Counted from the stretch's first letter, positions 1 through 8,601 are shown. The stretch is DNA of 31,100 nucleotides from Holosporales bacterium (GCA_031267545.1 JAIRYU010000034.1:1-31100); one strand, 5' to 3'. Notes: a model not told the origin generated them from the letters alone. Made by a program: numbers and translations.

Positions 1-813
1 CCTCCGGCAATAGCGGAGACGCCGACTACAACAACCGCTACTCAGGCAACAGAGCCGGCAGCTCCGGTAGCGCCAGAGGTTCAGGAAACGGCAAAAGAAG
101 CCCCATCCGCTCCAGCTCCGGCGACAATAGATGCTCAGGCGACGGCAACGCCGGCTACAACAGCCGCTACTCAGGCAACAGGGCCGGCAGCTCAGGCAGT
201 CACTGAGGCTCTGGCTACGGCAACGCCGCCTCCAGGTCAAGCTGCTGAAATAGTGGGCGGATACCGACGAGAGGCAGGCCCTGACGGCAAAATAAGGTGG
301 CTACCGGTAGTGCCAGAAGCCCAGGCGACGACAGCTCCAGCCCCAACTCCGACTCCTCCTCCGGCGGCAATAGCGGAGACGCAAGCTATGGTACCCGCAA
401 TTCCAGCTGCGCCAGAGGTTCAGGCAACGGCAAAAGAAGCCCCAGCCGCTCCTCCTCCAGCAACAATAGATGCTCAGGCGACGGCAACGCCAACTACAAT
501 AACCGCTACTCAGGCAACACCGGCAGCCCCAGAGGCTAAAGCCGCAGTATCTCCAACACCGATAGCCCAAGAGGCTCAGGCTACGGCAGCTCCGACTCCT
601 CCTCCGGCAATAGTGGAGACACAGGCGGCGGCAGCGGAGACGCAGGCTACGGCGTCCGCGACTCCGACGGCATCAGAACCGCAGGCGCCAACAACGCTGG
701 TCGAACCGCGGACTGCGTCTCAAGAGGAGGGTATAATTAATGAAGTTACTCAGCAGGTTGGACAAATCAAAGAGCTTGTAGACACAATTAACGGACTGGT
801 AGCGCAACAGTGA
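1..813 (+). CDS. Ala/Thr/Pro/Gln/Glu-rich repetitive protein, 5'-truncated by the window edge
   Basis: Frame 1 is open from base 1 (PPAIAETPTTTTATQAT...) to TGA at 811-813, so the track start at 253 is internal. Repeated units PPAI(A/V)ET, ATQAT and PEVQxTAKEAP; non-repetitive helical-looking C-terminus GIINEVTQQVGQIKELVDTINGLVAQQ. Confidence 0.75.
   Translation, partial: PPAIAETPTTTTATQATEPAAPVAPEVQETAKEAPSAPAPATIDAQATATPATTAATQATGPAAQAVTEALATATPPPGQAAEIVGGYRREAGPDGKIRWLPVVPEAQATTAPAPTPTPPPAAIAETQAMVPAIPAAPEVQATAKEAPAAPPPATIDAQATATPTTITATQATPAAPEAKAAVSPTPIAQEAQATAAPTPPPAIVETQAAAAETQATASATPTASEPQAPTTLVEPRTASQEEGIINEVTQQVGQIKELVDTINGLVAQQ
70..180 (+). repeat. 111-bp intragenic direct repeat, copy 1
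   Basis: Aligns without gaps to 409-519 with 10 mismatches by manual comparison; the offset of 339 bp is in frame. Confidence 0.9.
409..519 (+). repeat. 111-bp intragenic direct repeat, copy 2
   Basis: Matches 70-180 at 101/111 positions; encodes APEVQATAKEAPAAPPPATIDAQATATPTTITATQAT. Confidence 0.9.
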
Positions 814-1086
814 GCATAAACGCACCAATTATTGGGGAGAAACTACCGGAACCACACATCTTCCGGAACGTAAAAGAAGGGCCGGCGAGGTACGGCTCAT
901 GACAACAGAACCTTCATTAACGCGGCGCATCTGATCTTCAGATAGGCGCATTGTCCCGAGGTGTAGCGATGTGGCAGACCGCAACCGCCACACTCCGGGA
1001 CAATGCAATGAACGAGGACAATAACAAACAGCCACGATCTTTTCCTCATCGTCGCGTAATTGATATGCTCGCATTTGTTAGGTTTA

Positions 1087-1095
1087 TGATATAAT
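1087..1095 (+). promoter_or_regulatory. Putative sigma70 extended -10 promoter for ssb-dapB
   Basis: TGaTATAAT, 37 nt upstream of the ssb ATG; no good -35 at 17 bp. Confidence 0.55.
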
Positions 1096-1132
1096 GTCAG
1101 GCGTCGGAATTAGTAATGTTATAGAGGGTTAA

Positions 1133-1564
1133 ATGGCTGGTTCTTTAAACAAGGTAACGTTGATTGGCAACCTAGGAAAGGATCCGGATATTCGTTTTAT
1201 GCCGGATGGAGCGAAGGTTGCGTCATTTAGCGTGGCCACCAGCGAGGTTTGGAAAGACAAAGCAACTGGCGAGAGAAAAGACAAAACTGAATGGCACCGC
1301 GTAGTAGTATTTAACGACAGGCTTGCCGAGATCATAGAGAGGTACGTAAAGAAGGGTACAAAAATCTACATTGAGGGACAGTTGCAAACAAGAAAATGGA
1401 CCGACCAGGCAGGGATTGACAAGTATACAACCGAGGTTGTCATCGGAAAGTTTCGAGGCGAATTGGTAATTTTGGATTCTAAGAGGGCGGATGACGGGTT
1501 TGATTCCAGGACTGACGAGTCCCCGCAGGACATTCCTGTTGACGACGATATGCCGTTTGGTTGA
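1133..1564 (+). CDS. ssb: Single-stranded DNA-binding protein
   Basis: [40 protein letters not shown] and acidic tail DDDMPFG. Confidence 0.98.
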   Translation: MAGSLNKVTLIGNLGKDPDIRFMPDGAKVASFSVATSEVWKDKATGERKDKTEWHRVVVFNDRLAEIIERYVKKGTKIYIEGQLQTRKWTDQAGIDKYTTEVVIGKFRGELVILDSKRADDGFDSRTDESPQDIPVDDDMPFG

Positions 1565-2337
1565 GTTGTGAGGAAACTGTGAGGGTATCGGTCTTAGGAG
1601 CAACCGGAACTATGGGAGGATTGGTCGTAAAGGCATTGCTTCAAGTGGGCGGCTTTGCCATTACAAGCAAGGTATCGAGCAGCGGTGGTATCGAGGCCAT
1701 GTTCAATTGCTCGGATGTAATCATAGATTTTTCGTGCCCGCTCGCTACTGAAGCTATGCTACGGAGCGCAGAAGAGAACATGTCGCATGTCCCAATCGTA
1801 ATTGGAACAACCGGATTATCTGATATGCACCGTAAATTAATGAACGAGCGCGCCGTCCATGCTCCTATTTTTTGTTCGCCAAACATGAGCCCCCTGGTAG
1901 CAATTCTGAACTCGGTAGTGTCCTTTCTCGCGAAAGCAGTAGACGAAGATTTTGACGTGGAGATTCTCGACAGACATCACAGAATGAAAAAAGACGCTCC
2001 GTCCGGAACGGCGCTAATGCTTGGACGCGCTGTCGCACAAGCGCGAAATCGCGCGTTTGACGACGTCGCGAACTTTGTTAGATATGGAATCATTGAGCAA
2101 CGAAAGCGCGGAGAAATAGGCTTCTCTGTCCAAAGAAGCGGGAACGTAGTTGGAACCCATGAAGTCGCATTTGTAGGAGCTCTCGAGAGCATAAAGGTTA
2201 AGCATGAAGCTCACTCAAAAGAAATCTTCGCAAAAGGAGCTGTCAAAGCCGCCCAGTGGCTAGTAAGACAAAGCAACGGACTGTACTCCATGGATGATCT
2301 GATGAAGGATACAATTTCCCCACTTGCTAGTCTGTGA
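1561..2337 (+). CDS. dapB: 4-hydroxy-tetrahydrodipicolinate reductase
   Basis: Rossmann motif [18 protein letters not shown], catalytic [26 protein letters not shown] start overlaps the ssb stop by 4 nt. Confidence 0.96.
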   Translation: MSCEETVRVSVLGATGTMGGLVVKALLQVGGFAITSKVSSSGGIEAMFNCSDVIIDFSCPLATEAMLRSAEENMSHVPIVIGTTGLSDMHRKLMNERAVHAPIFCSPNMSPLVAILNSVVSFLAKAVDEDFDVEILDRHHRMKKDAPSGTALMLGRAVAQARNRAFDDVANFVRYGIIEQRKRGEIGFSVQRSGNVVGTHEVAFVGALESIKVKHEAHSKEIFAKGAVKAAQWLVRQSNGLYSMDDLMKDTISPLASL

Positions 2338-2429
2338 AATTTATTCCGCATCCATAACGGCGCTAATTCCTGTGCGCCAAACCCTCCGCATAGTTTATCG
2401 CCGTGGCGGCATTCCATCATCAAAACATC

Positions 2430-4004
2430 TCAGCGGAGCAACGCCGGAATCGCTCCTTCCCGCTCGCCGTCCTCCCCTTCTTCATGTCTACCACTTGGCC
2501 AAAGCATCAGTTCGTCTAACCACAAACAGGCGTCAATCGCTTTCTGCCTATAACATCCGCCGCCTGCCAGCGCTAACATGCTCCCGAAATTCTGCCCCAG
2601 ACCCATCACCAGAGCTACCTGGATAAGCGAGGGCAACATCTCCGTCACTACGTCTGCGCCTGGACCTCTCCTTTCCTGCTCCATCTGGAGCATTGCTCTT
2701 GTGTATGTCGCAACCATGCAAACCCCAGTCCAATGCGCGACGCGCGTATCTTTCTTCTCTAACATTAACTCCTTGCATTCTTCCATATTTTGAACGTCAA
2801 AAATATACCTTCCGGGTTGCGCACGAGGATCAATGGGGGTCACATCTAGCGGCCGTATGAGAGTTTGGTACAGGTAGACGCCTATCGTTCGGCGTTTGCA
2901 TTTGTCAATTATCATTTTGGTATCCACCCGAAACGGCAGTCCCATCCGAGCGTCCCTGTAGCCCGCCAAAAATTGATATAACGCGGCAATATATACGGCG
3001 CATTCTATATCTCGTCCCGCCAGAGCATATATGTGCGATGCGGCGCCGCTTAGTATTACGCTCAGATCTACTCTGTAGCTATTTGTTCCTAATGTTGCGT
3101 AGTATATGATTGTAGCTCTATACTCGCCTTCGCCTCCCTGTATCATGAAGTTAGCATGGTTTGCGTCATTATGGGATGTTTCCGTGATTTCATTCCTGTC
3201 GGGATGTATTCCCATGTTGTGCAATTGCGCGAGGGCAATTCCTACAGCGCGGTACATCTCCCCCAATTGCGACAGGGGGCGCCCCCGAATTAATTGCATC
3301 GGGCGGGCGCCGATTATTCCTGGAAGAGGTGGCATTTCCTCATATTGGGACCCAACCTGCAGCATGCCGCGTATCGCATGGTTGAAATCCTGTCCGTCGA
3401 CGAACGGATATAGCATTATTTGCGGAGCCGCAGTCGGCGCTTCCTGGTCCACACTAGCGTCCGCGCTGAAGCGCGTTATGGAGCTAACCTTCACATACTT
3501 CCCCCCATCCCATCCTATGTAGGCCCCCGCTATTGCTAGCGCTATCAATGGTGGCTCGCCTTGGTAACAATTCAACCGCCGCCTCAACTTGTTTGTGGCA
3601 GCTATCTCATCCGCTACCATCACATCCTTATCTCTCGTTTTGCTGTGCCAGCGTCTTTGATCGAAGTTGACCTTGACGAAGTATTTTGGCAACGGCTCTT
3701 CTGGGACATTTGGCAACACCTCTTCGGCAACGGGGTGGCCCGCCTTGGCGCGATTGACTACTGTTCCAGTCATTGGCGGCGCGTGGCTGGTGGCATTTAT
3801 ACTTTCTTTACTCCATTCTTCCCTCCAACCTTCCCCTAGAACTTCATAAAGGAACCCCTCAGTTATCTCGGAAAGACTGGATGCCAACTTCTCTACTTGT
3901 CCATGATTCAGCCTACCTGGCCGAACGGCGGCCTCCGCGTCTCGCATACACAGTTGTCCGACCAGCGCTACGCCAGCCATCAATAAAATTGCTACTCGCC
4001 TCAT
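2430..4004 (-). CDS. Secreted protein-kinase-like (APH/choline kinase fold) protein, probable pseudokinase
   Basis: Signal peptide MRRVAILLMAGVALVGQLCMRDAEA; YFVKV (K111), DEIAA (E133), hinge-like MLYPFVDG, AVGIALAQLH, catalytic-loop HNDANHAN (278-285), and IIYYA at the position of IIDFG. Confidence 0.7.
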   Translation of the reverse strand: MRRVAILLMAGVALVGQLCMRDAEAAVRPGRLNHGQVEKLASSLSEITEGFLYEVLGEGWREEWSKESINATSHAPPMTGTVVNRAKAGHPVAEEVLPNVPEEPLPKYFVKVNFDQRRWHSKTRDKDVMVADEIAATNKLRRRLNCYQGEPPLIALAIAGAYIGWDGGKYVKVSSITRFSADASVDQEAPTAAPQIMLYPFVDGQDFNHAIRGMLQVGSQYEEMPPLPGIIGARPMQLIRGRPLSQLGEMYRAVGIALAQLHNMGIHPDRNEITETSHNDANHANFMIQGGEGEYRATIIYYATLGTNSYRVDLSVILSGAASHIYALAGRDIECAVYIAALYQFLAGYRDARMGLPFRVDTKMIIDKCKRRTIGVYLYQTLIRPLDVTPIDPRAQPGRYIFDVQNMEECKELMLEKKDTRVAHWTGVCMVATYTRAMLQMEQERRGPGADVVTEMLPSLIQVALVMGLGQNFGSMLALAGGGCYRQKAIDACLWLDELMLWPSGRHEEGEDGEREGAIPALLR

Positions 4005-4040
4005 TGGTTAACGAGCTCCGTTTACTTATCGATAAGCGGC

Positions 4041-4049
4041 ATTCTATCA
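4041..4049 (-). promoter_or_regulatory. Putative extended -10 promoter for the kinase-like gene
   Basis: TGaTAGAAT on the minus strand, 36 nt upstream of ATG 4004; followed by the 12-bp palindrome CTTATCGATAAG (4025-4036). Confidence 0.45.
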
Positions 4050-4089
4050 TCAAAATATCTCCCGCGCGAGAGCAAACGAGGAGACATAA

Positions 4090-4926
4090 TTACCTTTCGT
4101 CGGGAGCAACGGCCGTACACACCGGATTCTTCGACGTAGATTTTATGAAGTCAATAATTTCCTTGATTTCCTGTTGCTCAGTGTCAGAGTATTTGCTACT
4201 AACCGCCTGTAAATTGTCAGTGAAACTAACTAGCTCGTAATCATAGTCAAAGAGATCTCTGTACGCATCCATCATCCTTTTTATCATGTCTGCGCGCGCG
4301 CCGTTTCTTTTGAGTCCTATAATGTTAAGTCCGCGCAGAGCCGTAAGTCTGTTGCTCCGCGCAAGGCCATATGGAATAACGTCTCTATCGACCCCAGTAT
4401 CGCCGCCTATCATCGCATATTTTCCAATCCTGATGAACTGCTTTACAGCCGACATTCCGCCAATAATCACGTGATCTCCAACCACAACATGGCCAGATAA
4501 ATTTACGCCATTTACCATGATAACGTTATTCCCGATGATACAATCATGAGCAATGTGGCAGTACGCCATGATTAAACAATTATCCCCAATTTTTGTAACC
4601 ATTCCTCCATTTTCGGTTCCCGTGTTCGCAGTCACATACTCCCGAATAACTGTGTTCTCTCCGATCTCTAACCTTGATTTCTCGCCCTTGTATTTTAGGT
4701 CTTGCGGCTTCTGCCCAAGCGATGCGAATGGATATACGGAACTGCCGGCTCCAATTGTCGTTAGACCAGTTACGACAACATGAGATTCTAGTCTAACATT
4801 CGCTCCGAGAATAACGTCGCTCCCTACGCAACAATACGGCCCCACATACGCGCCGCGGCCAATTGTGGCTCCGTCGCTGACTATGGCAGTCTCATGGACC
4901 TCCGCGCTTCCGCTTACTGTACGCAC
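4090..4926 (-). CDS. lpxA: Acyl-ACP--UDP-N-acetylglucosamine O-acyltransferase
   Basis: Hexapeptide repeats, PQDLKYKGE, AYCHIAHDCIIG, LSGHVVVGD, GLNIIGLKR. Confidence 0.97.
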   Translation of the reverse strand: MRTVSGSAEVHETAIVSDGATIGRGAYVGPYCCVGSDVILGANVRLESHVVVTGLTTIGAGSSVYPFASLGQKPQDLKYKGEKSRLEIGENTVIREYVTANTGTENGGMVTKIGDNCLIMAYCHIAHDCIIGNNVIMVNGVNLSGHVVVGDHVIIGGMSAVKQFIRIGKYAMIGGDTGVDRDVIPYGLARSNRLTALRGLNIIGLKRNGARADMIKRMMDAYRDLFDYDYELVSFTDNLQAVSSKYSDTEQQEIKEIIDFIKSTSKNPVCTAVAPDER

Positions 4927-4931
4927 AATCT

Positions 4932-5408
4932 CTACTCCGAAATGTTCTCAGGTATCATTGCCATAAACGACGCTTCATCGGTTACGGAATCATCGACAAT
5001 TGCCCTGCCGTCGAATTTCCAGTATCTGTCTCCGCGTCTCTGCGCGACGCTTACTTCAATACGCGTAACGTCGCCGGGTACTACCGGTTTTCTAAATTTC
5101 GCATTTTCTATTTTCGTGAAGAACACGCAGTCAGTTCTGCAGTTTGCGGCCTCGCTTTTCAGAGTGGCAAACGCCAGCGCTCCTGCGGCTTGGGCCATGG
5201 CTTCTATGATCATCACCCCCGGCATTATTGGACATCCTGGGAAATGACCTGCAAAAAACCACTCGTCCCCGGACACATCCTTGTACGCGACACACGACTC
5301 GTTAAGCAGCATGCTTTCGATCCGATCGATCATCAAAAAGGGCTCTCTATGCGGAATTAGGGACTTGATATCGTCAAGCGATAATTGACATAGAGAACTC
5401 ATTGTCAC
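4932..5408 (-). CDS. fabZ: 3-hydroxyacyl-ACP dehydratase
   Basis: LIPHREPFLMID, GHFPGCPIMPGVMIIEAMAQ, KFRKPVVPGD. Start is either GTG 5408 (overlapping the secG stop) or ATG 5402. Confidence 0.97.
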   Translation of the reverse strand: MTMSSLCQLSLDDIKSLIPHREPFLMIDRIESMLLNESCVAYKDVSGDEWFFAGHFPGCPIMPGVMIIEAMAQAAGALAFATLKSEAANCRTDCVFFTKIENAKFRKPVVPGDVTRIEVSVAQRRGDRYWKFDGRAIVDDSVTDEASFMAMIPENISE

Positions 5409-5965
5409 TGCCCTTGCCGCGCTGGGGGAGTTTTTTGCTCTGGTCCACCCGTCGCCTGATGCGTGTCCGCCTCCTCTCTCTGTTGCGTCTGAGGAACCTC
5501 AGGCGGCTGCCGTGACGCTAACGACTCGTTTCCGGCTCTCGATTGTTCAGACTGAGCCTGCAATTTCGCAGCGCTATCCTCCCGTTTCGGTTCAGTGACA
5601 GAAGACGTTTGAGATTGACTCATTGGACCTTGCCACGGCTCGTCAGCCCCGTCGTCCTCTTCATTGCCATTCGCCGCATCTTGAGATTCCGCGGCAGCCT
5701 TCTTAGTTTCTTCCGCTCTCTTCGTTATTAACGTTACCTGACCGGTACGAGACGCTAGCGTTGCCATTACGACACAGTTCACTATAAATATTGACGCAAG
5801 CGTCCATGTCGCCTTCGTCAGCATGTTAGAGGCGCCTCTCGCATTAAACATACCGCCTCCTCCGCTGTTCGCAAACAGCGAGCTACCGCCTTCATTCTTT
5901 TGTATCAGCACTATCAATATTAACATGATAGTAACCAACACGTGCAGCGCTAACAGTATTCCCAT
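5405..5965 (-). CDS. secG: Preprotein translocase subunit SecG with long polar C-terminal extension
   Basis: Two TM segments flanking the loop LIQKNEGGSSLF...GASNMLTKATW, typical of SecG. Confidence 0.9.
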   Translation of the reverse strand: MGILLALHVLVTIMLILIVLIQKNEGGSSLFANSGGGGMFNARGASNMLTKATWTLASIFIVNCVVMATLASRTGQVTLITKRAEETKKAAAESQDAANGNEEDDGADEPWQGPMSQSQTSSVTEPKREDSAAKLQAQSEQSRAGNESLASRQPPEVPQTQQREEADTHQATGGPEQKTPPARQGQ

Positions 5966-5978
5966 TTTTCTTACTCCA

Positions 5979-6527
5979 TCATTTCTTTTTAGCGAGAACG
6001 GTTATCATTGCAGAGCCCTCCATTTTAGGCGGCATTTCCTCTTTGGCCGTATCCTGACAATATTCCAGTATTTTAGCCATCACCTTCAGCCCAACTTCTC
6101 TATGGCTCAGCTCGCGCCCTCGAAATCTCAGGACTAGTTTAACCCGTTTGCCTTCTTCTATAAATTTATTTATCGCCTTACATTTGATGGACAGGTCATG
6201 ATCGCCAATCGATGGACGCACCTGCACCTCTTTCAGTTCTACGATCTTCTGCTTCTTTCTGGATTCTGTTTTCTTACGATTGGCTTCGTATCTGTACTTT
6301 CCATAATCCACTATCTTACAGGTCGGAATAGCCGCCCCCTCGCTTACGACCATCAGATCCAAACCCGCCTCTTTCGCCATTGACAACGCTCGCTCGGTCG
6401 GTATAGTCCCGACCTGCTCGCCATCAACCCCTATGAGCAGCACACTGTCCGCGGTTATCTCATCATTAATCATGGGAGCGTTCTGCCGCGCTGGCTCACG
6501 CCCTTTTGTTGGCATCGCCTTCGCCAA
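5979..6527 (-). CDS. infC: Translation initiation factor IF-3
   Basis: INDEITADSVLLI, CKIVDYGKYRYE, KEVQVRPSIGDHD, VKLVLRFRGRE. Start is TTG 6527 or ATG 6515. Confidence 0.97.
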   Translation of the reverse strand: MAKAMPTKGREPARQNAPMINDEITADSVLLIGVDGEQVGTIPTERALSMAKEAGLDLMVVSEGAAIPTCKIVDYGKYRYEANRKKTESRKKQKIVELKEVQVRPSIGDHDLSIKCKAINKFIEEGKRVKLVLRFRGRELSHREVGLKVMAKILEYCQDTAKEEMPPKMEGSAMITVLAKKK

Positions 6528-6822
6528 GGATACCCATCAGTTATACAGACTCGTCAACGCAAGTCTAGCACGGCGCATATGCAACTTCCAATTGTTTTTG
6601 AGATAGTTACTGTCATAAATCCCGCGCTCCCAGGTCTAGAGCGTCAACAATTACCTAGCGTCCCACGCCACTCGGTAATTTGTAGGAACGCGCGTAGAAA
6701 TACGCTCGCACGCAAAAGACGGGGGAATTCAGAGAAAAATTGAAGCGAATTAACATAAAACTAGGCAGATATGAGAAAAAGATATAGCATGTCGGCGACG
6801 AGCAAACTAGAGACAAACCGGG

Positions 6823-7542
6823 ATGAATAGAGTAAGCGCGGCGCTAATGTTATTAGCGCTCACGGCAACACACGAAGCGAGAGCTGCGAGTTCGCGGCCC
6901 CTGAGCCAACAAACCCAACGCGCTGCGGAATCCGCCTTGAGAATTCAGATGGCCCTGCAAGAGCGGCATCAGCATGAAATTGAGCAAACTCGGAATGAAA
7001 TTGGGCAAATATTCTTCGATTTTTGGGAGGCGCGTATGGAAGAATCCATACAAGAAACGTTTAGCCAAAAACAAAGAATAACCGGCCTAGACACGCGATT
7101 CCAAGAACAGGCGCGGGGAATAATTCAAATACAGATAGACGTAATGTTGGGACAAGATCGCGACCAACGAACAGACGGCGCACAGCGATCTAACGTAGCA
7201 ATGTCATGGATGGGTTTGCAACAGGTTGAGGAAATAGCGCGCGGCCAAACAGAAATCATAGCGCAGGCGACTAAGATGATGGCAATGCTCCAGGATGAGC
7301 GTAACTACTCCCCAGATGACGCCATACGTGAAGCCACATGGGCGCATCAAAGCGCGTACACGCCAGACTCAGACGCAGTTAAGCGAAGAATGAAGGCCGC
7401 CCGGAATCGATCATTCTACGTAGCAAGTCTGGACCCTCTTAACGCGCTATTTGGTAAGCAACCAAGCGCGCAACAGTTACATTGCGAAAGGCGCGACGCA
7501 TATGAAAAGCGACAGAGCCGCCCAAACTCGGAAGATAGCTGA
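6823..7542 (+). CDS. Hypothetical secreted helical protein
   Basis: 239-aa ORF filling the gap between infC and pdhA; signal peptide MNRVSAALMLLALTATHEARA; Q/E/R-rich; no recognised domain. Confidence 0.75.
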   Translation: MNRVSAALMLLALTATHEARAASSRPLSQQTQRAAESALRIQMALQERHQHEIEQTRNEIGQIFFDFWEARMEESIQETFSQKQRITGLDTRFQEQARGIIQIQIDVMLGQDRDQRTDGAQRSNVAMSWMGLQQVEEIARGQTEIIAQATKMMAMLQDERNYSPDDAIREATWAHQSAYTPDSDAVKRRMKAARNRSFYVASLDPLNALFGKQPSAQQLHCERRDAYEKRQSRPNSEDS

Positions 7543-7629
7543 CTGCAGCAGTATACAAAATGATGCAGATTGCCAATCTGACGGAAATCTGTATACTTGT
7601 ATCGCACTGACTGTACCAGAGTACACAGC

Positions 7630-8601
7630 ATGAGTCCCGGGGATATGAAACGAGATAGCGGTCTCGATATATACCGTAAGTTGCTTCTAGCAAGAATGAT
7701 CGAAGAAAAGGCCGGCGAGCTATATAGTCAGGGGCATATATATGGATTCTGTCACTTGTACATAGGACAAGAAGCTGTAATAGTCGGTCTCTCAGAAAAT
7801 ATGACGAATATCGATAGCGTTGTCACCGGATATCGCGATCACGTTCACATGTTACTCCGCGGCATTCCGCCAAATTCTATAATGGCGGAGTTGTGTGGGA
7901 AAGTAACCGGCTGCTCCAAAGGTAAGGGAGGGTCGATGCATATGTACAGTAGAGACAAACGCGTATACGGCGGGAATGGGATCGTTGGAGCTCAGGTCCC
8001 AATTGGAGCAGGGCTTGCCTTTGCGCACAAATATAGAGGCGATGGCGGAGTGTCGTTTACGTTCTATGGAGACGGAGCAGCCAACCAGGGCCAGGTATAT
8101 GAGACGTTCAACATGGCGGCCCTCTGGAATCTACCTGTTGTTTTTGTGTTAGAGAATAACCGCTATGGCCTGGGAACGTCAGTCGATCGAGCGGCCGCCG
8201 GCGGAACGCTAGCCAACAGAGGTGATCCATTCGGAATTCCGACTGTATTGGTTGACGGGATGGACGTATTTGACGTTATTGAAAAGTCAAAGAGCGTCAT
8301 TGAGAAAGTAAGAAATGGCGAAGGCCCTGTGATCCTTCACATGGATACATACAGATACAAAGGACATTCTATGTCTGATCCAGCAACGTACAGAACCCGC
8401 GATGAGGTAGAAACCGTAAAAAAAACTAGAGACCCGATAACGCGCGTCAAAAATGCGCTTATACATGAAATTGGAATTGGCGATGATAAAATTGAGGAGA
8501 TTATGAACGAGGTAACCGCTATCGTAGACGCGGCTGCGAAGTTTGCCATAGAATCTCCCGCTCCTCCAGACCATGCGCTAGAAATGGATGTTACATTATG
8601 A
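7630..8601 (+). CDS. pdhA: Pyruvate dehydrogenase E1 alpha subunit
   Basis: GFCHLYIGQEA, KGKGGSMH, TPP motif GDGAANQGQ...ENN, TYRYKGHSMSDP. True start is probably ATG 7630 or 7645 rather than the track's 7597. Confidence 0.97.
   Translation: MSPGDMKRDSGLDIYRKLLLARMIEEKAGELYSQGHIYGFCHLYIGQEAVIVGLSENMTNIDSVVTGYRDHVHMLLRGIPPNSIMAELCGKVTGCSKGKGGSMHMYSRDKRVYGGNGIVGAQVPIGAGLAFAHKYRGDGGVSFTFYGDGAANQGQVYETFNMAALWNLPVVFVLENNRYGLGTSVDRAAAGGTLANRGDPFGIPTVLVDGMDVFDVIEKSKSVIEKVRNGEGPVILHMDTYRYKGHSMSDPATYRTRDEVETVKKTRDPITRVKNALIHEIGIGDDKIEEIMNEVTAIVDAAAKFAIESPAPPDHALEMDVTL

Noticed and set aside
297-570. Alternative-frame ORFs 297-539 (+) and 301-570 (-)
   Set aside because: Shadows of the low-complexity repeat gene in frame 1.
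821-945. Possible two-piece alphaproteobacterial tmRNA (CACCA at 823-827, GGGGAG at 833, tag-like frame AHDNRTFINAA)
   Set aside because: Bases before ACCA cannot pair with GGGG, there is no T-arm or GGATTCGAC-like D-loop motif, and the tag-like frame does not stop after AA.
1036-1050. GAGGAAAAG on the minus strand resembling the RNase P RNA 5' motif
   Set aside because: Does not continue as GAAAGTCC, and the conserved 3' AACCCGGCTTA motif is missing.
829-1074. 81-aa minus-strand ORF with CxC and HC residues
   Set aside because: No recognisable motif or ribosome-binding site, and it overlaps the hairpin-rich region; not supportable as a gene, though not excluded.
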